Counted from the stretch's first letter, positions 39,417 to 53,700 are shown. The stretch is 64,000 nucleotides of DNA from Patellaria atrata CBS 101060 (GCA_010093705.1 MU006103.1:248001-312000); one strand, 5' to 3'. A program made the numbers and translations. Notes: generated from the letters alone by a model not told the origin.

Positions 39417-40179
39417 CTTGAATGACACTCTGACTTGGTTGTGACTTTTGGGTTCAATATCTTAACGTAGAATGTCAATAAGTCCCTAAGGATTGAGGGA
39501 GGTAATTATGACTTTGTAGTTATGTAAAAGTATTTCTGCAGTTCTACGGTAGAACTGTAGAACTGATGTCGGCGAAGCTGTAGGTGCCAAGCCCGCGCAT
39601 CGAACTAACTTTTTGTAACATCTCACAATCATTACAGAAATCTAGGTTTCTACCATCCTATCAATCAGCTTCGACTCGACCTCGACACCGGGCAGAAGCT
39701 TGTCGCTTTCTCCAGCGCTGGCCAAATTCTGGTCACCTTTGCCCTGCCGTTCATTTCAGTTTCTCAAGGTCCACTTGTCTTGCGCTGAGTCCTTCTCTGC
39801 AGCCTCGAAAGCATAGCTCATCTGAAAGCTTTTGCGCATATGGAATAACGGCGACAAAGTTTGCACGCGGTGCTCATTAATGCAGCTTGGCTGCTTGCGC
39901 AATATATTTATATTTCTTCCGCGAAAGGGGAGAGGCTCACGCGATTTAGTATATCCTAACAGTTGGCCGCGAGATCACATTCCTTAGTCAAAAACACAAC
40001 CTGGATATCAAATTGAGATTTTGACCGTTGATTGACATCTCAACAACTTAAACCGCGCAGTCTTGTTGCCCATTCATCCCTCATCTTCTTCCGCGGTAGT
40101 ATTCGTTTACTGAGCCTCACTATTTCATCCACATTACTCAAAATTTTATCGCTACGATCGTACACGTAACTCTGCCAAA

Positions 40180-40910
40180 ATGTTCTTCCTTCACGAGATG
40201 GAGCGGACCATTTTGATTCACCCGTCGTTCTTTGGCCCGAGAATGCGCGATTACATTGATACCCAACTTCTCCATGATGTTGAGGGTAAAAATGCAGGAA
40301 GTTACTTTATCATCTGCGTCATGGAGGGTTACCACGTCTCGGAAGGTCGTGTTGTGCCAGGAAGCTCTCACGCGGAATATACTGTTCACTACAGAGCAGT
40401 CGTATGGAGACCATTTAAAGGAGAAGTTGTACGTCCTATAGCCTTTAAGTTGATTCTGATCGGTAGGTTAACGGTAAGCTAAAACAGCTCGATGGTATAG
40501 TAACGTCGGTCGTGGAGACTGGTTTCTTCGTTGACGTTGGACCAATTTCTGCGTTTGTCGCAAAGACTGTAAGCGTCCTGCTTTTAGCAGTCCTCAGTTC
40601 TGTCTTCTGACCCGCACAGATGATTCCTTCGGATATCAAGTTTGATGGCAACGCTACCCCTGCCCAATGGACAGATAATGCAGACCAAGTCATCGAGAAA
40701 GGTACCCATATAAGATTGAAGGTCAAAGGTATCAGAGTAGAGCTTGGAAGCATGTTCGCCATTGCTACCATTAAAGAGGTGCGTATTCGTTCCCTGAAGC
40801 ATATGATATCATGTTCTAATGACTTTGTGATTCTCAGGATTACTTAGGGTGGGTGATAATGTTCCAATATCGGATCATATGCTAACCATTATCACAGTCC
40901 GCTAGCTTGA
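40180..40910 (+). CDS. RPB7: RNA polymerase II subunit Rpb7
   Basis: MFFLHEMERTILIHPSFFGP, WRPFKGEV, IPSDIKF and FAIATIKE-DYLG-PLA*; four GT-AG introns. Confidence 0.95.
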
Positions 40911-41559
40911 TTCTATGTGGTCAGCTTCTATATAATCAGGGTCCTCGTCTGAACCTTACCTTTGCATATCTACGACTAGCCTGCTTTGTCTGAGTTCAGA
41001 TCGTATGGGGAAGCTTCCGGGACATCAAAGCTCCAGACTCAACATTTGGGACTGAGGGCACGAGAGTCCGTGGAGAAGTTCTCTGCTCTACCGCTAAGAA
41101 TAAGTTGATGAAAGGGATTGGATTGCTTATCCAAGAATCACTGTGTATTGCTATATAATCCGCAATATTTGAGAATGAATGTAAAATTAGTGCGAGCTTG
41201 CTCGCAAGATAAACACTTTAGATGATTCTCATATCCTTGTATAATGATATATTAAGTTCTCTATGATAATTCTTTCGGTTGTTGTACGGAGTACTGCAGT
41301 AGTGTGGGGTGGTGCTACTTTCGTGCTGTACTTCCACGCGAGCTCGACGTTGAACTTAACTAACGAACATTAACAAACTCGAGGATACCGCCTCCAAGCA
41401 CACCAGCCTGAGCAAATTCATCGCGGTGATTCGGCGTCATTGTGATTAGTACGGCAGTTCTAATGGCTTGAACTCGAAACCTTCACCTGCCATCCACTCT
41501 TCACGCCATTGTAATGTGTCTTGTGCTTACCTTCCCTTACCCTCACTTCTAACCAGACA

Positions 41560-44411
41560 ATGGCTGCGCGGCGAGCACCAACTGAGGATGAGACACAACT
41601 CCTAACAACCGATAATACCTCTGCGCGACCATCCAAAGATACGGCTAGAGACTCGCTTTCTTCGGTGTCAACAATTTCCTTGGTTCTCGAAAGGATCAAC
41701 GAACAAGTTCCAAAATTAGCCCAACCTCGGATCGCAGGGCAGTATACGGATGATGATGGTGTAGATCTGGGAGAAAAGAGCACCTATGACCCAGAGGATG
41801 TGTCTCAATACTATCGTACCCAACCGGCAGATCGCAAAGCGCGGAGGGTATTATGGGTTCTTTGTGTCATCTGCTGTGCTGGATGGGTGCTTGCTCTAGT
41901 TTTATTTATCACCCATGGGACTTACAAACACTCGTCAACTAAGCCTCACGATCCACTGGCGACTACAATAAGAGGTTCTGGCAAGAAAGTTACACTTGAT
42001 CAGGTACAGAGTGGGTTCTGGTCAGCGCGCAAACACGGTTTGAAGTGGATAGCTGGTACGGATGGTGAGGACGGGTTATTACTTGAAAGAGGAGGATATG
42101 GAAGAGAGGATTACCTTCTTGTAGAGGATGTACGGCATAGGAATGACCCCCAGTATAGTCAAATACTGATGAAGCGGAATGGATTCTTTATAGGCAATGA
42201 CTTTGTCTCGCCGAGCGAGTTGTGGCCTAGTCCCGATCTGAAGAAGGTTTTGGCGATGGCTAAATGGGAACACAATTGGAGACACTCTTTCACTGGCGAG
42301 TATTACGTGTTTGACGTCGAAACTCAGACTGCAGAACCGCTGGTCCCCGACGAGCCCCATGCGAGGATACAACTCGCATCTTGGTCACCTAGATCCGATT
42401 CCATAGTGTTTACACGAGATAACAACATGTACATGCGGGTGCTAGATTCCAAAAAGATTATACCTATAACAACCGATGGAGGTCCAGATCTTTTCTATGG
42501 GGTTCCGGATTGGGTGTACGAGGAAGAGGTTTTCGCTGGCAACAGTGCTACTTGGTGGTCCCAAGACGCTGAATACATCGCTTTCTTACGAACGAACGAG
42601 TCTGCTGTCCCAACCTACCCTGTTCAGTATTTTGTATCAAGACCTAGCGGTAAAACTCCAGCGCCAGGTGAAGAGAATTATCCTGAAGTGAGAGACATCA
42701 AATACCCCAAAGCTGGCGCGTCAAATCCAATCGTGCATTTGCAATTCTATGATATTGCCAAGGGTGAAGTATTTACTCTTGAGATTGAGAACGATTTCGA
42801 GGATGCAGACCGTCTTATAACGGAAGTTGTTTGGTGCGGTCGAGGCCATAAAGTCCTTATCCGGGAGACGAATAGAGAGAGTGATCTTCTCAAGATGGTA
42901 CTCATGGATGTCGAAAGGCGCAGTGGTCGAACAGTGAGAACACAAGATGTCAATGCACTTGACGGTGGATGGATGGAAGTTTCGGAGGACACAACTTACA
43001 TTCCCGCCGATCCCGGAAATGGGAGAGCTCATGATGGATACATCGATACTGTAATACATGAGGGCTATGATCACCTTGCCTACTTCACGCCATTGGATAA
43101 TCCAGAACCTAAACTCATCACCAATGGGAATTGGGAGGTGGTGAATGCACCCTCCGCTATCGACCTCAAAAATAATATCGTTTACTTCGTGGCGACCAAA
43201 GAGAGCTCAATTCAGCGACATGTTTACTACACTAGTTTTACGAATGATAGTACCATACAACCGCTCACTGATACGAGTAAGGAGGGCTATTATGACATAT
43301 CGTTTTCCAAGAGTGCGGGTTATGCACTTCTTTCCTATAATGGACCCGGTATTCCCTGGCAGAAAATAATCAACACGCCAAGCAATGCGGAAGAATACGA
43401 AGATACTATAGAAGAGAACAAAGAGCTCGCAAGAGAAGCATCCAGATATGAGTTACCAATCAATATCTACCAAACAGTCAATATCGATGGTTTTGAACTC
43501 AATCTTTTGGAGAGGCGACCTCCTCATTTCGATAAGAAAAAAAGGTACCCTGTTCTCTTCTATCTCTATGGTGGGCCTGGTTCTCAAACAGTTAGTAAAT
43601 CCTTTAGGGTCGATTTCCAGTCCTTCATAGCTAGTAATCTTGGCTATATTGTGGTTACTTTAGATGGTAGAGGAACGGGATTCCTTGGGCGGGAAACCCG
43701 TGTTAAAGTAAGAGGCGACCTAGGCTATTGGGAAGCGCACGACCAGATCGAAGCTGCTAAGATGTGGGCAAAGAAACGCTATGTAGATGCGGATCGTATA
43801 GCGATATGGGGCTGGAGCTACGGTGGTTTTATGACCTTGAAAACACTGGAGCAGGATGGAGGAAGGACCTTTAAGTATGGTATGGCAGTTGCACCGGTCA
43901 CCGATTGGAGATTTTATGGTAATAAATCTATTATTGAAGGAAAAGAGACTTTGAAACCCCTTTCTAACTTGATTGCAGATTCCATCTATACGGAACGATA
44001 TATGCACACTCCACAGAATAACCCGCAAGGGTACGACAAGTCCGCCATCAGCAACACAACTGCATTGAAAGAGAACGTCCGATTCCTGATCATGCACGGT
44101 ACAGGCGATGACAACGTGCACGTGCAGAACAGCCTTACGTTACTCGACAACCTTGACTTGGATGGTGTCGAAAATTACGACGTGCATGTATTTCCGGATT
44201 CAGATCATAGCATATATTATCACAATGCCAACCGGATTGTATATGACAGTAAGTAATTTCATTTTTCTTTTTCTTCGGGAATACTATTAATGACTATCAT
44301 TTAGAACTAACGAATTGGCTTATCAACGCATTCAACGGCGAGTGGCTAAGGACAGAAAATCCCAAGCCCATACAAATATCCCAGATAGAAGCAGCAGCCC
44401 TTGAGCGTTGA
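41560..44411 (+). CDS. DAP2: Dipeptidyl aminopeptidase B (S9B, type II membrane protein)
   Basis: N-terminal TM helix; [13 protein letters not shown], catalytic GWSYGG, DDNV and HSI. Introns 43919-43978 and 44249-44304. Confidence 0.93.
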
Positions 44412-44645
44412 TCTGAAGCAGATTGCAACATTCTGTATCTACCCAAAGCATTGGGCGGCGTTTATATGAAGGTTTTTGATCTTTGCATAGGTATCTTATT
44501 ACAATCCCCGTTCATAATATGTAAAATATATTCAGAGGCATATCTGTCTGTCCGAATTCCAACATTTCGATCTCAACTTCTCAGCCTGATAGATTGCGGT
44601 TGTGGCTGAAACTAGAGATAGAGATGGGAAGCTAAAAAAGGGAGG

Positions 44646-44679
44646 TGACGTCCTAATTCAGTATGACGTCCATTGACGT
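44646..44679 (+). promoter_or_regulatory. Cluster of three CRE-like TGACGT motifs
   Basis: TGACGT at 44646, 44664 and 44674, about 150-180 nt before the ATG at 44827. Confidence 0.45.
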
Positions 44680-44826
44680 GGGGCATACAAGAGCTCTAAT
44701 AACCCCAGAACCTACAATTCTTTTGCATCTTGATTCTAAACAAACAACGCAACTCCAACCCGCCCAAACACCGTGCTTGAAATTTAGTTAAATCTTTCCA
44801 TCCTTCATATTAATACGACTATCAAC

Positions 44827-45949
44827 ATGGCGGCCGCAACTAGGAAGGAGATCTTGAGCAAGGTCTTCAAGATGGTTCCACCCATGCTTGAGAGCTTTCA
44901 TAAAGGTTGTTATCTATGACTGTTTGAATTGCTATCTACGGCTGCTTATTCTCTTTGAAAGGTCAATTGGGGCGTGTGGCTGTGATAGGAGGTTGCGAGG
45001 ACTATACTGGTGCTCCATACTTCTCCGCTATGGCTTCAGCAAAATTGGGTTGTGATTTGGTACGCCGTGACCGCTCGAATAGAGCTACGAGAACCCGATG
45101 ACTGTTATAACCTTTTCAGTGATTATCATTGCTAACGATCCCAAGTCTCATGTCATCTGCGAACCTGGTGCAGCAACAGTAATCAAATCATATTCCCCCA
45201 ACCTCATGGTGCATCCAATACTTCGACAGTCCCAGCATGCTTCTTCCTCCGACTCCGTATCTTCTCTCTCTTCAGCTGTAATCGAAATGCTACCACGGCT
45301 ACACGTTATCGTCATCGGTCCCGGTCTGGGCAGGGACAAGCTTATGCAAGATACCTGCGCAGAGATTCTTAAGGCGGCAAGGGAGCAGAATATACCGTTC
45401 GTCTTAGATGCTGACGGTTTAATGCTCGCCCAAAACAAGCCAGAGCTAGTGGAAGGCTATACAGAATGTGTACTGACACCCAACGTCGTTGAATTCGGAC
45501 GACTAGCAAAGAGCAAGGGTGTAAACGTAGAGGAAGGCGATTCGACACAAGTGTGTTCCAAATTGGCTACCGCTTTCGGAGGTATCACCATCATCCAGAA
45601 GGGCTCAAAGGACTACATCTCCAACGGAACTTATACGCTTGTTTCGGAAGGTGAGGGCGGTCTCAAACGGTCTGGTGGTCAAGGTGACACTTTGACTGGA
45701 TCGATCGCAACCTTCCTCGCATGGCGCCGTGCTTATTTGGATAAGCTTTGGAACCACGAGGGTGATCTCGATGAGAAAGAACTGTTGGCACTGGCGGCGT
45801 ATGGTGGAAGCGCAATCACGAGAGAATGCTCTCGACTGGCATTCAAGGAGAAAGGTCGCAGTTTGCAAGCTGGTGATCTAACTGAACACGTACACACTGC
45901 ATTCTTGAATGTTGTGGGAGATCCTGGAACTACGGAACCGAAGCTGTAG
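44827..45949 (+). CDS. NNR2: ATP-dependent (S)-NAD(P)H-hydrate dehydratase (YjeF_C / carbohydrate kinase family)
   Basis: [44 protein letters not shown] and [12 protein letters not shown]. Introns 44906-44961 and 45060-45145. Confidence 0.92.
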
Positions 45950-46583
45950 GTTTGAGTTGTAAGCCTGAATGAGTTGAGGATGAAGGTGAATATCATGAAA
46001 GATTACGCTGATAATGTACATAGTTAGGTAAAAAAAAAAAAAAAAGTAGCAACAAAACGGTTCTTTAATATCTCTTAGTATGAAGTAAACAGTGATGCCC
46101 TTTACTGGGGGTAGAATTTTTGTTGCTCAGGTGATGAATTGAAGATGGATCGTAACTGTGTACCTACACCAGCTATGGTACTATCAGAGAGGACTAAAGT
46201 AAAGATGGAATTAAGATTTAGCCACGCCTAGGTCTAAACAGTAAGCCTTTCCTTATAGCCGTGTTCTATATATGTGTAGGAATGCCGACTCACTCCGGGC
46301 GGCGTGGGAACGGCTCTCTCGCTCTAGTTCTAAATTAGAGTGGAGGCCGAATCGCCGAAAGGTGACGACTTCACTCCTTCAGCCACGACAATGAGAACCT
46401 CTAGAGATGCTGGTTTGGCTTTGACATTCAGCTTCAGCTGTACCAAAAACATCGGCTATATATCCCCGGATTACTGTTACACATATAAGGCTGTACATTT
46501 GTTTTTTTGTTTTTTTTTTTGCTAATCGCTTGAGTTCACACTCTTGCTCTAAATATCAAATAGTTCTCCGATTACAATACAGC

Positions 46584-47930
46584 ATGTTTCCACGAAGAAA
46601 TCATTTAAAGTCCAGAACAGGATGTAAACGCTGTAAGCAGAGAAAAGTTAAAGTAATTGACTGTTTGTAGAAACATCACAATATATCTCAAGTTGTCTGA
46701 CTAGGAATACAGTGCGATGAAGTCCATCCCGAATGCACCAATTGCATTAGGCATGGTGTAGAATGCGACTATAAAATGGGACCGTCGTATATCATGTACA
46801 AGCCGAATCACAAATGCGTAGCTACACATAGAAAAGACTTAACAACCTCACTTACCAACAAGTCATGCTCAAGCTCAACGAGGCCAAAGTCTCTGGAGAA
46901 TGAGTACTATCCACCCCCAGAACGTTCATTCAACGAGCGTCTCTTCGAACTAAAACTCTTTTACCAATTTACCTCTCACAAGTATAACCGCATCTACCAT
47001 ATGCCCGCCCTTTTCCAGCTCTTCACAAAAACACTACCCACCCTTGCCCTCCAGCACTCATTCCTCATGGATGCAATCCTGGCCACCACCGCACAGCACC
47101 AATGCATAGTCATCCCGCAAGACCGCCTCCACTACGAAGCTTCCCACCGCTACATGGCCCGCAGCATCGAGCAGTTCCTCGAAACGATGGCTACAGGCGT
47201 GAACCCCAGCAACGCCGAAGCCTGCGTGGCCGTCACACTACTCATCGCCTTCCACTCCATCGTCGCGCGCAAACTAGACACCAGCACCACGCAATCCCTA
47301 CCCGTGCAGTGGTTCACGCTCTTCCGCGGCATCAACACCGTCATGATTGAAGGCGGCTCCTGGGTCCGAGACCACCCCTTCAAACCCGTCTACCCCGGTG
47401 CCCGTGCCATGTCGAGTATAGCCCCCCCGCACGAGGCTCTGACCCCGCTTCTCGCGGACCTCGATCGCGAGAGCGCCGATCCCGAACAAATCCACGCGTA
47501 CGAGTATGCCGTCGGCTATCTCTCCGAGATCCTGAGGACGCCCGACCGTCGCTTCTTCCTGCGCTTCTTGGGCGACGTCCCGCCGCGGTTCGTACGGATG
47601 TTCACGGAGAGGGACCAGCGCGCGCTCGCGATCGGTGCGGCGTATTTCACGTCCATGAGGCTTATTGATCGCGTGTGGTGGATGGAGGGCATGGCGGAGA
47701 GGGAGTCGGGCCTTGTTCGGGCGGCGTTGACGAAGAGGTGGAGGGAGAGGCTGCTGCCGGCTGTGGAGGCTGTTAGGAGGAAGATGGAGGAGATGGATCG
47801 GACTGCGGTAGGGAGATTTGATGGCGATGGTCGGCCGATGCAGGATAGAATGTGTAGTATTCCGATCACTGTGGAGGCGTGGAGGAAGCATGTACAGGAG
47901 GAGGGGGTGGTGAGGCTTGGGTTTCCTTGA
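46584..47930 (+). CDS. Zn(II)2Cys6 transcription factor (Upc2-like architecture)
   Basis: RRNHLKSRTGCKRCKQRKVK|CDEVHPECTNCIRHGVECDY across intron 46653-46712; downstream FLMDAILATTAQH and WW motifs. Confidence 0.9.
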
Positions 47931-48407
47931 TTCGTATGCTGAGGAGTTGTTACTTTGGCGTATTGACGTTCAGATGATACCAATGCGGAAGGGCTAATTT
48001 TTCGAACCCGTTCGATCCGAGAGTAAAGTTGTGGAGTCAGTTAAGTTTCTACACGCGTTCCAAAGCAAGGATAAGAAGACAAATAGATTTACACAGGATG
48101 AGTGGATTCGGGAACTGGGGAAGATATCGAATCGGCAATGAGAATCAAGTTCGCCATCTACACAATACAGGATGAGAATATCATAGATTCCGCCTCGAAG
48201 GTCAAGCCGAAACCCTATTCTTCCAACTTCGCAAAGAAAACCCGTAAAAGAAATATATCATATCATATATCTAACCCAATTCTATCCGACGTATGCCACA
48301 AAACAATCTAATCTCCATATACCTACCCATAAAACTCCACGATTACCCATCCCAGATCCCAAACCCAACCGGTGAAGTTAATTCTTTCACTGCGAGGAGC
48401 GCTGACA

Positions 48408-49642
48408 TCAAGGCTGCGACCCGAGCTGCTGCATCTCGGTCTCGCTCGCGTTCCCGGAGCCCTTCCCAGCCGTGACGGATCGGGATTGCACGAACATGTA
48501 ACCGGGGTGAAAAGCGTTCAACGCGACGACAGCGAGGGCGCACATCCTGTAAAATTCATCAGCAACACATCTTCCCCTACCCCCGTTTTCCCACCACTTA
48601 CACGCTATCCAACGCGATGAAAAGCGGCTCATCCTGCATAACCGCATTCCGCCACCCGCCGACCATCTCCGCAACGCGATAGATACATCTCAGCAAGATG
48701 GCGAGATAGGCGACCGTGATGCCGACGACGGCGCCCTTGAAGTAGAAACTCCGCCGCAGCGCCGTCGTCGCCTCGTTCAGCTGCGAGCGGAACTTGTAAA
48801 CCCGATAGCCGTACTCGGCGGCCAGCGCGCCGAAGAGGAGTAGCGTCGCGACTTGGAAGACCAGACCGAAGATCATGATGTTGTTCCCGGCTGTAGTGTT
48901 CTTGCCGCCGGCTGCGATGGCGCCGCCGGTTCTAAACGTCCCAGAAGAAGCGTCAGTTTGAAAGTACTGTTTCATAGGGTGGAAAGGGGGATCGGGAATG
49001 GGGAAGATGGGGAAGATGGGGGGAGGGGGGCGCAGGGAGGGAAACTAACGCTTGGATCAGGATGGAGATGATATCGCAAGACATGAATATCCAGGTGTAC
49101 CACTTGGGCCGGATGCGGGAGAACTGCGCGCCCATCACTATGGCGATGTGTTTTAGGGTCAGGTACACGCCGGCGGAGAGGAAGGCGGGCGCGACGGTTA
49201 GGCAGATGATTTGGGTTTTAAAACCGGCGTCGTGGAAGACGTTGTCGTGGAGAAGGATGCGGCCGACGTAACCTTTTTGCTCACTATATCAGCACTTGAC
49301 CCATCCATCGATATACGCTTATGCGGCCAGGGGAGGAGAAAGGGGGAAATAAGGGTTTTAAGAGGGGGAAGAGTAGAAGGATCTGATATCAAAAGACATA
49401 CCAACAGCTTCCCCAAACGTCCCGATGACCATGAAAGCGAAGAACGTCCATGCCTTCCACTTTACGCCCTGGAAGGCGTGCGCGAACATCGAGAGGCCGA
49501 AGATGGCGGTGAAGATGACATTGGCGGCGAGGTTGGGGCGGTAGCCGTAGATGGAGACTTCGACGGTGCATTCGCCGCCTTCGTGCTCGCAGAAGCGGTA
49601 GCGGTCGTCTCGCGCCTGGAGGACGTGCGCGAGGGTGTCCAT
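48408..49642 (-). CDS. RTA1-family lipid-translocating exporter (Rsb1-like)
   Basis: YGYRPNLAAN, EAVGYVGR, APAF..AGVYLTL, CDIISILIQA-GGA, RCIYRVAEMVGGW and AFHPG; three introns. Confidence 0.9.
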
Positions 49643-50716
49643 TGTATCTGGTAGTTTCCCTCTCCGGGTCAATACGTTTGGGGGGGGAGGGAAGAGGGAT
49701 GTTATGGAAGTAGCACTTGATGATGAAACGAGATAGGGAGATAGTCGAAAAGTAGGTAGATAGGGACTCAGATTGTTGTTCCAGATAATATCGAGATATA
49801 AAAAAACAATGAAGAGAAAAGATATGCGTGATTCAAATATCAAAATTCAAGTAAGATGACCGACACCAGCTCCTTATATCAACCCACCGTCTCCAACCCC
49901 CCGTCCCCTATACCCTTCCACAACGCAGCCTACGAACCCAGAGCCAGGGATGCTCTTCCGCCAGCGGAGTCCCTAGCAAGATCTGACGACACATCCCTAG
50001 CATGTCTGAGTTTGACGCTCAGGCATCCCAAAACATACACCGATAACAAAAACCTTCCAGCATCGGAAACGGGACCTCGCCAGATGCCGTTCCTATCTGC
50101 TTACAGTCAAAACTCGCTTTGATCGGCCGCGTCGTGAAGATTAACAAATGGGGAAATGTGATCGAGGTGTGCGATGCCCCCCGATTGACCAATCAGACGG
50201 GAATCCGAGTACGAAAAGGGGGCTATTCCCTACTGGGATCCGACGTGGCTCGCGCGTTTTAAGGTCCCAATGTTTTTGTCGATATTGGATCCGAGCCGAT
50301 CGTGCTGTGAGGCATTGGTGCTGGTTTCTGTTATACGTGCAGTTTTTTCGTCTTGGAACTACGACGACGTCGTCGTCAGTCTCTTTCTTCGATCGACAAT
50401 GTTGGTGAGGGTCTCGCTGCGCCGTGCAATGTTTTTGAAGATAAGGGAAAAAACTGCGAGTACGTGCTCCGTAAGGCGACCGACACGATGGAATGCTCCC
50501 AAGAAAATGCCTGGAAGCGAAGCATGATGGTGCTGGCTTCTCCAACATTGCAGACAGAAATACAACATTCAAAAAATAGGCCGTTCCGTTCAGTCGTCTA
50601 CACGTGAGTAAAACAGATTCAAACAAAAACACCATTTCTCATCTCCACACCTACTCATTCTCCAAATCACAACAATCTACTATCCCAGACGGCCCTACCT
50701 TTCCTCCCCTAAGCGC

Positions 50717-53700
50717 TCACTCCTCTGCTTCCTCTTCTACCACCTCCCCATTCCCCAACAATTGGGTCCTGTCCTCCCCACTTACCCCCGCCCTCGTCCC
50801 ACTCTTCCTCACCCTTCCCACTACTCCAGGAAAGATCCTCGGCTCCGCATCCAAGCTGCTCATAGAGTCCTGCCTCCTAATCCCTTCTCCTCCTCCACCA
50901 CCTATCCCTCCCGCAACCCCACCACCACCAGCAGCTTGGGCAAATACCATGCTACTACTGCGGTGCGGCCGGGTGCCGACGGAGGGATTCGGCAAGTTGG
51001 TGAGGTCGTTAGCAGAGAAAGAAGGATTCATGCGGGCCGCTTGCGCGGGGAATATGATTGGTGAGTGGTGGTGTGACATAGCGGAAGGGGGGAGCATCGC
51101 GGAATGGGAGTGTGCGGTTTCGGAGCCCCCGGCGGTAAGGTCTACGGCGGACATGGGAGTTTCGGGGGATAGGACTGTAGCGGAGAGAGTGGAGGACAGT
51201 GGGGGACGGGTATAGCGTTCAATCCTGAGTTTTGTTGTTAGCCGTGTGGGAATGGGGTCAGGGTGGAAAAGGGAGGAAGGTAGTTACATTGCGAATTCGC
51301 CCATCAACGTCTCGTGGCGGTAGTCTTCACGGATGTCTGGAACATTGACTTTCGCCATGTCGTTTCCTTCGACTCCTGGGTATTGGTATTTCTCTCCCAG
51401 CCAGCGCTGCTTTACCTGATGCTCGAAGCCGCTCTGGACCACGGAATGCTTAGCCAATTCACACATGTCAACCGCGCTAAGCTTGTAAATCTGTGCGGCG
51501 ACGGAATATTCTTCAATGAGAGGCTCTTTGGTGAAAGCAAACTGTAGAGGGTCGTCTGTCGAGAGAGAGACATTGAGACCGCGTCTGAAATAATTGAGAA
51601 ACGGATTTCGCTCATAGGCCAGAAACAAGGCGTTGTTACTCAGCGGGGACATGGCGATTCCAATTTGTTCGAGATAGAAGATGTATTGTAAGAACGGCAT
51701 CTTCCTGAGTAACAAACCATGGCTAATGCTATGACAGCAAAGCGCTGCACTTGCTAGATGATCAGGGTCACCGGCTTCTCCACAGTGTGGTCTCAGCAAA
51801 AAGGTATTGAATCCTCTCTGCTTTCTCCAAACATTCAAGGACGCCATATTAGCAAAGAGATAATAAATCCAGTAACTATAGGGTGGGTTTTGCTTGGTGT
51901 TCCATATCTTGGGCAGAGGGAACTTCTTATAAATACGCCGCTCTACTTTACTCTCATCATCCACACTATCAAATCCAATCACTCTCTGTAAAAAGATATG
52001 AAGCTTTGGGTGGCTAGCGGGATTCTTTGTTACTTCGAAAAGGGGTTGGAACAGGTTTTTGATAACTTGTTCGAAAGTATCCATCAAGCCGGTTGACTTG
52101 TACACGTCGTAAAGTCGAGGGACCTGAATCAACCACCGTACATTCGGTGAGAACAGCTTATTGTCAATAACCCAAGCAGCTAACTTATCCCATTCATCCA
52201 TAGAACGCCCGTAGACGGAGATGCGCCATTCGACCATTTGGTACTTGCTGGATTCAAGATCAGAAATAACCTCTTTGGTGATCTCTGCTAGATATCGTCC
52301 CTTTATGAAGTTATCGGTCTTCAAGAAGATTGTTCGAAGTCTCGACTCCCCAATTGGATTATATTTCAGGTTGAATTTATCGAAACGATGAAATGCATCT
52401 TTGTGCGCCTAATGTGGGTCAGACTCACTATCTACGTAAGAGGGATGAACAACCTCACATGCATATCGAGGGTGTCAATACTCAGATCGTACGCATTCAA
52501 GCCGATACTATCAAACACTTCTTGCAAAGTGAGGTGCTTACCATCTCTTTCAAGAACAACCTCGTCTGGACATTTCTTCATTTTGCTTTTGATGAACCGT
52601 AGCAAATGTTTTTGGTTCATGCAAGCGGAATGATGAACGTGAGTATCAACCTTTCTAACATTGTAAAAGTCTCTGTGTGGTACCTTCTTACTATCTGCCA
52701 TTTCTTGGTATTCATTTATTAAGTAATAGAGGTTGAATTTCCCCTCAAGATACTGCAGTCGGCGGAACGCAAAGCTCTTACTAGGGCCATCCGAGGAGAT
52801 GTTCAACAAATCGTCCAGATCAATGTAGAATTCACGAAGGGTAGGGATCGCTACAATGGGACTGCCCTCTGCTGCAGATGCAGAGTTTTCGTATACCTGG
52901 TAAACACCATTATCGTCGAGCTTGAAGTCCATTTCAGAAGGAGGGGGAACAGGAAGTAAATCCTCTATTTCAAAGTCTTCTCCAATGTTAGTTCCCGGTT
53001 TCCTAGCCGGTTTAGCAGATTGCTCTCTGTCGATAGTAAGGCTATTGCTCAGGCTATTTCCACCAGTATCCTTATTAGGTTCCCAAGCTGGTTCGGGATG
53101 AGGGGGGTAGATCCTCCAGTTCGGTTCATCTTTCGGATTACCATTCTGCCCTTGCAAAGACAGTCGAATGTATTTATGACGGAGATCGAGCACTTTTTGG
53201 ATCTGTGTATAGATTGTAGTCAATTCGGTTTGCACAGTAGCATCATTCGAAGCAAATCCGCCAGCTCCAGATCCGAGACCGATCCCGGCGCCCGCGCCGT
53301 GAATGCCTTCAGTAGCAAGTAATGCAGGCTTCTGCTCATGGGGTAATCTAGGATGCTTTGAATGGTCTCTTGCAGCCATATCAGCCTTCAAGTAAGGATC
53401 TAAGCTAGTGGGTGGTTGCGGAACGCTATCGGGGTGCATCGCACTCGTTCCTTTGGTATGCTGACGGCCCGCTGGTCTATCTCCATCCATAACGTTGCCT
53501 TGGGCGAGATTATGGTTGCTTCGGGGGGATCTTAAACTTGCGGAGCGACTGAGAAACTCTGGTTCATTTCCAAAGTTCACCGGCATGGTCTTAGCAGCAT
53601 GCAACACGGGGCTAAAGCCATCTTGTGACCCTCCTGCGTACTGACTATCAAGTTGATGTCTCTGGTACATTTGTTTCGCCTCTGAGTGACTCATCGATTT

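Noticed and set aside
46091..46140. GCCCTTTAC plus AATTTTTG resembling a U5 loop and Sm site, and a box C-like GTGATGA
   Set aside because: Spacing and stems do not fit U5, and there is no properly placed box D or terminal stem.
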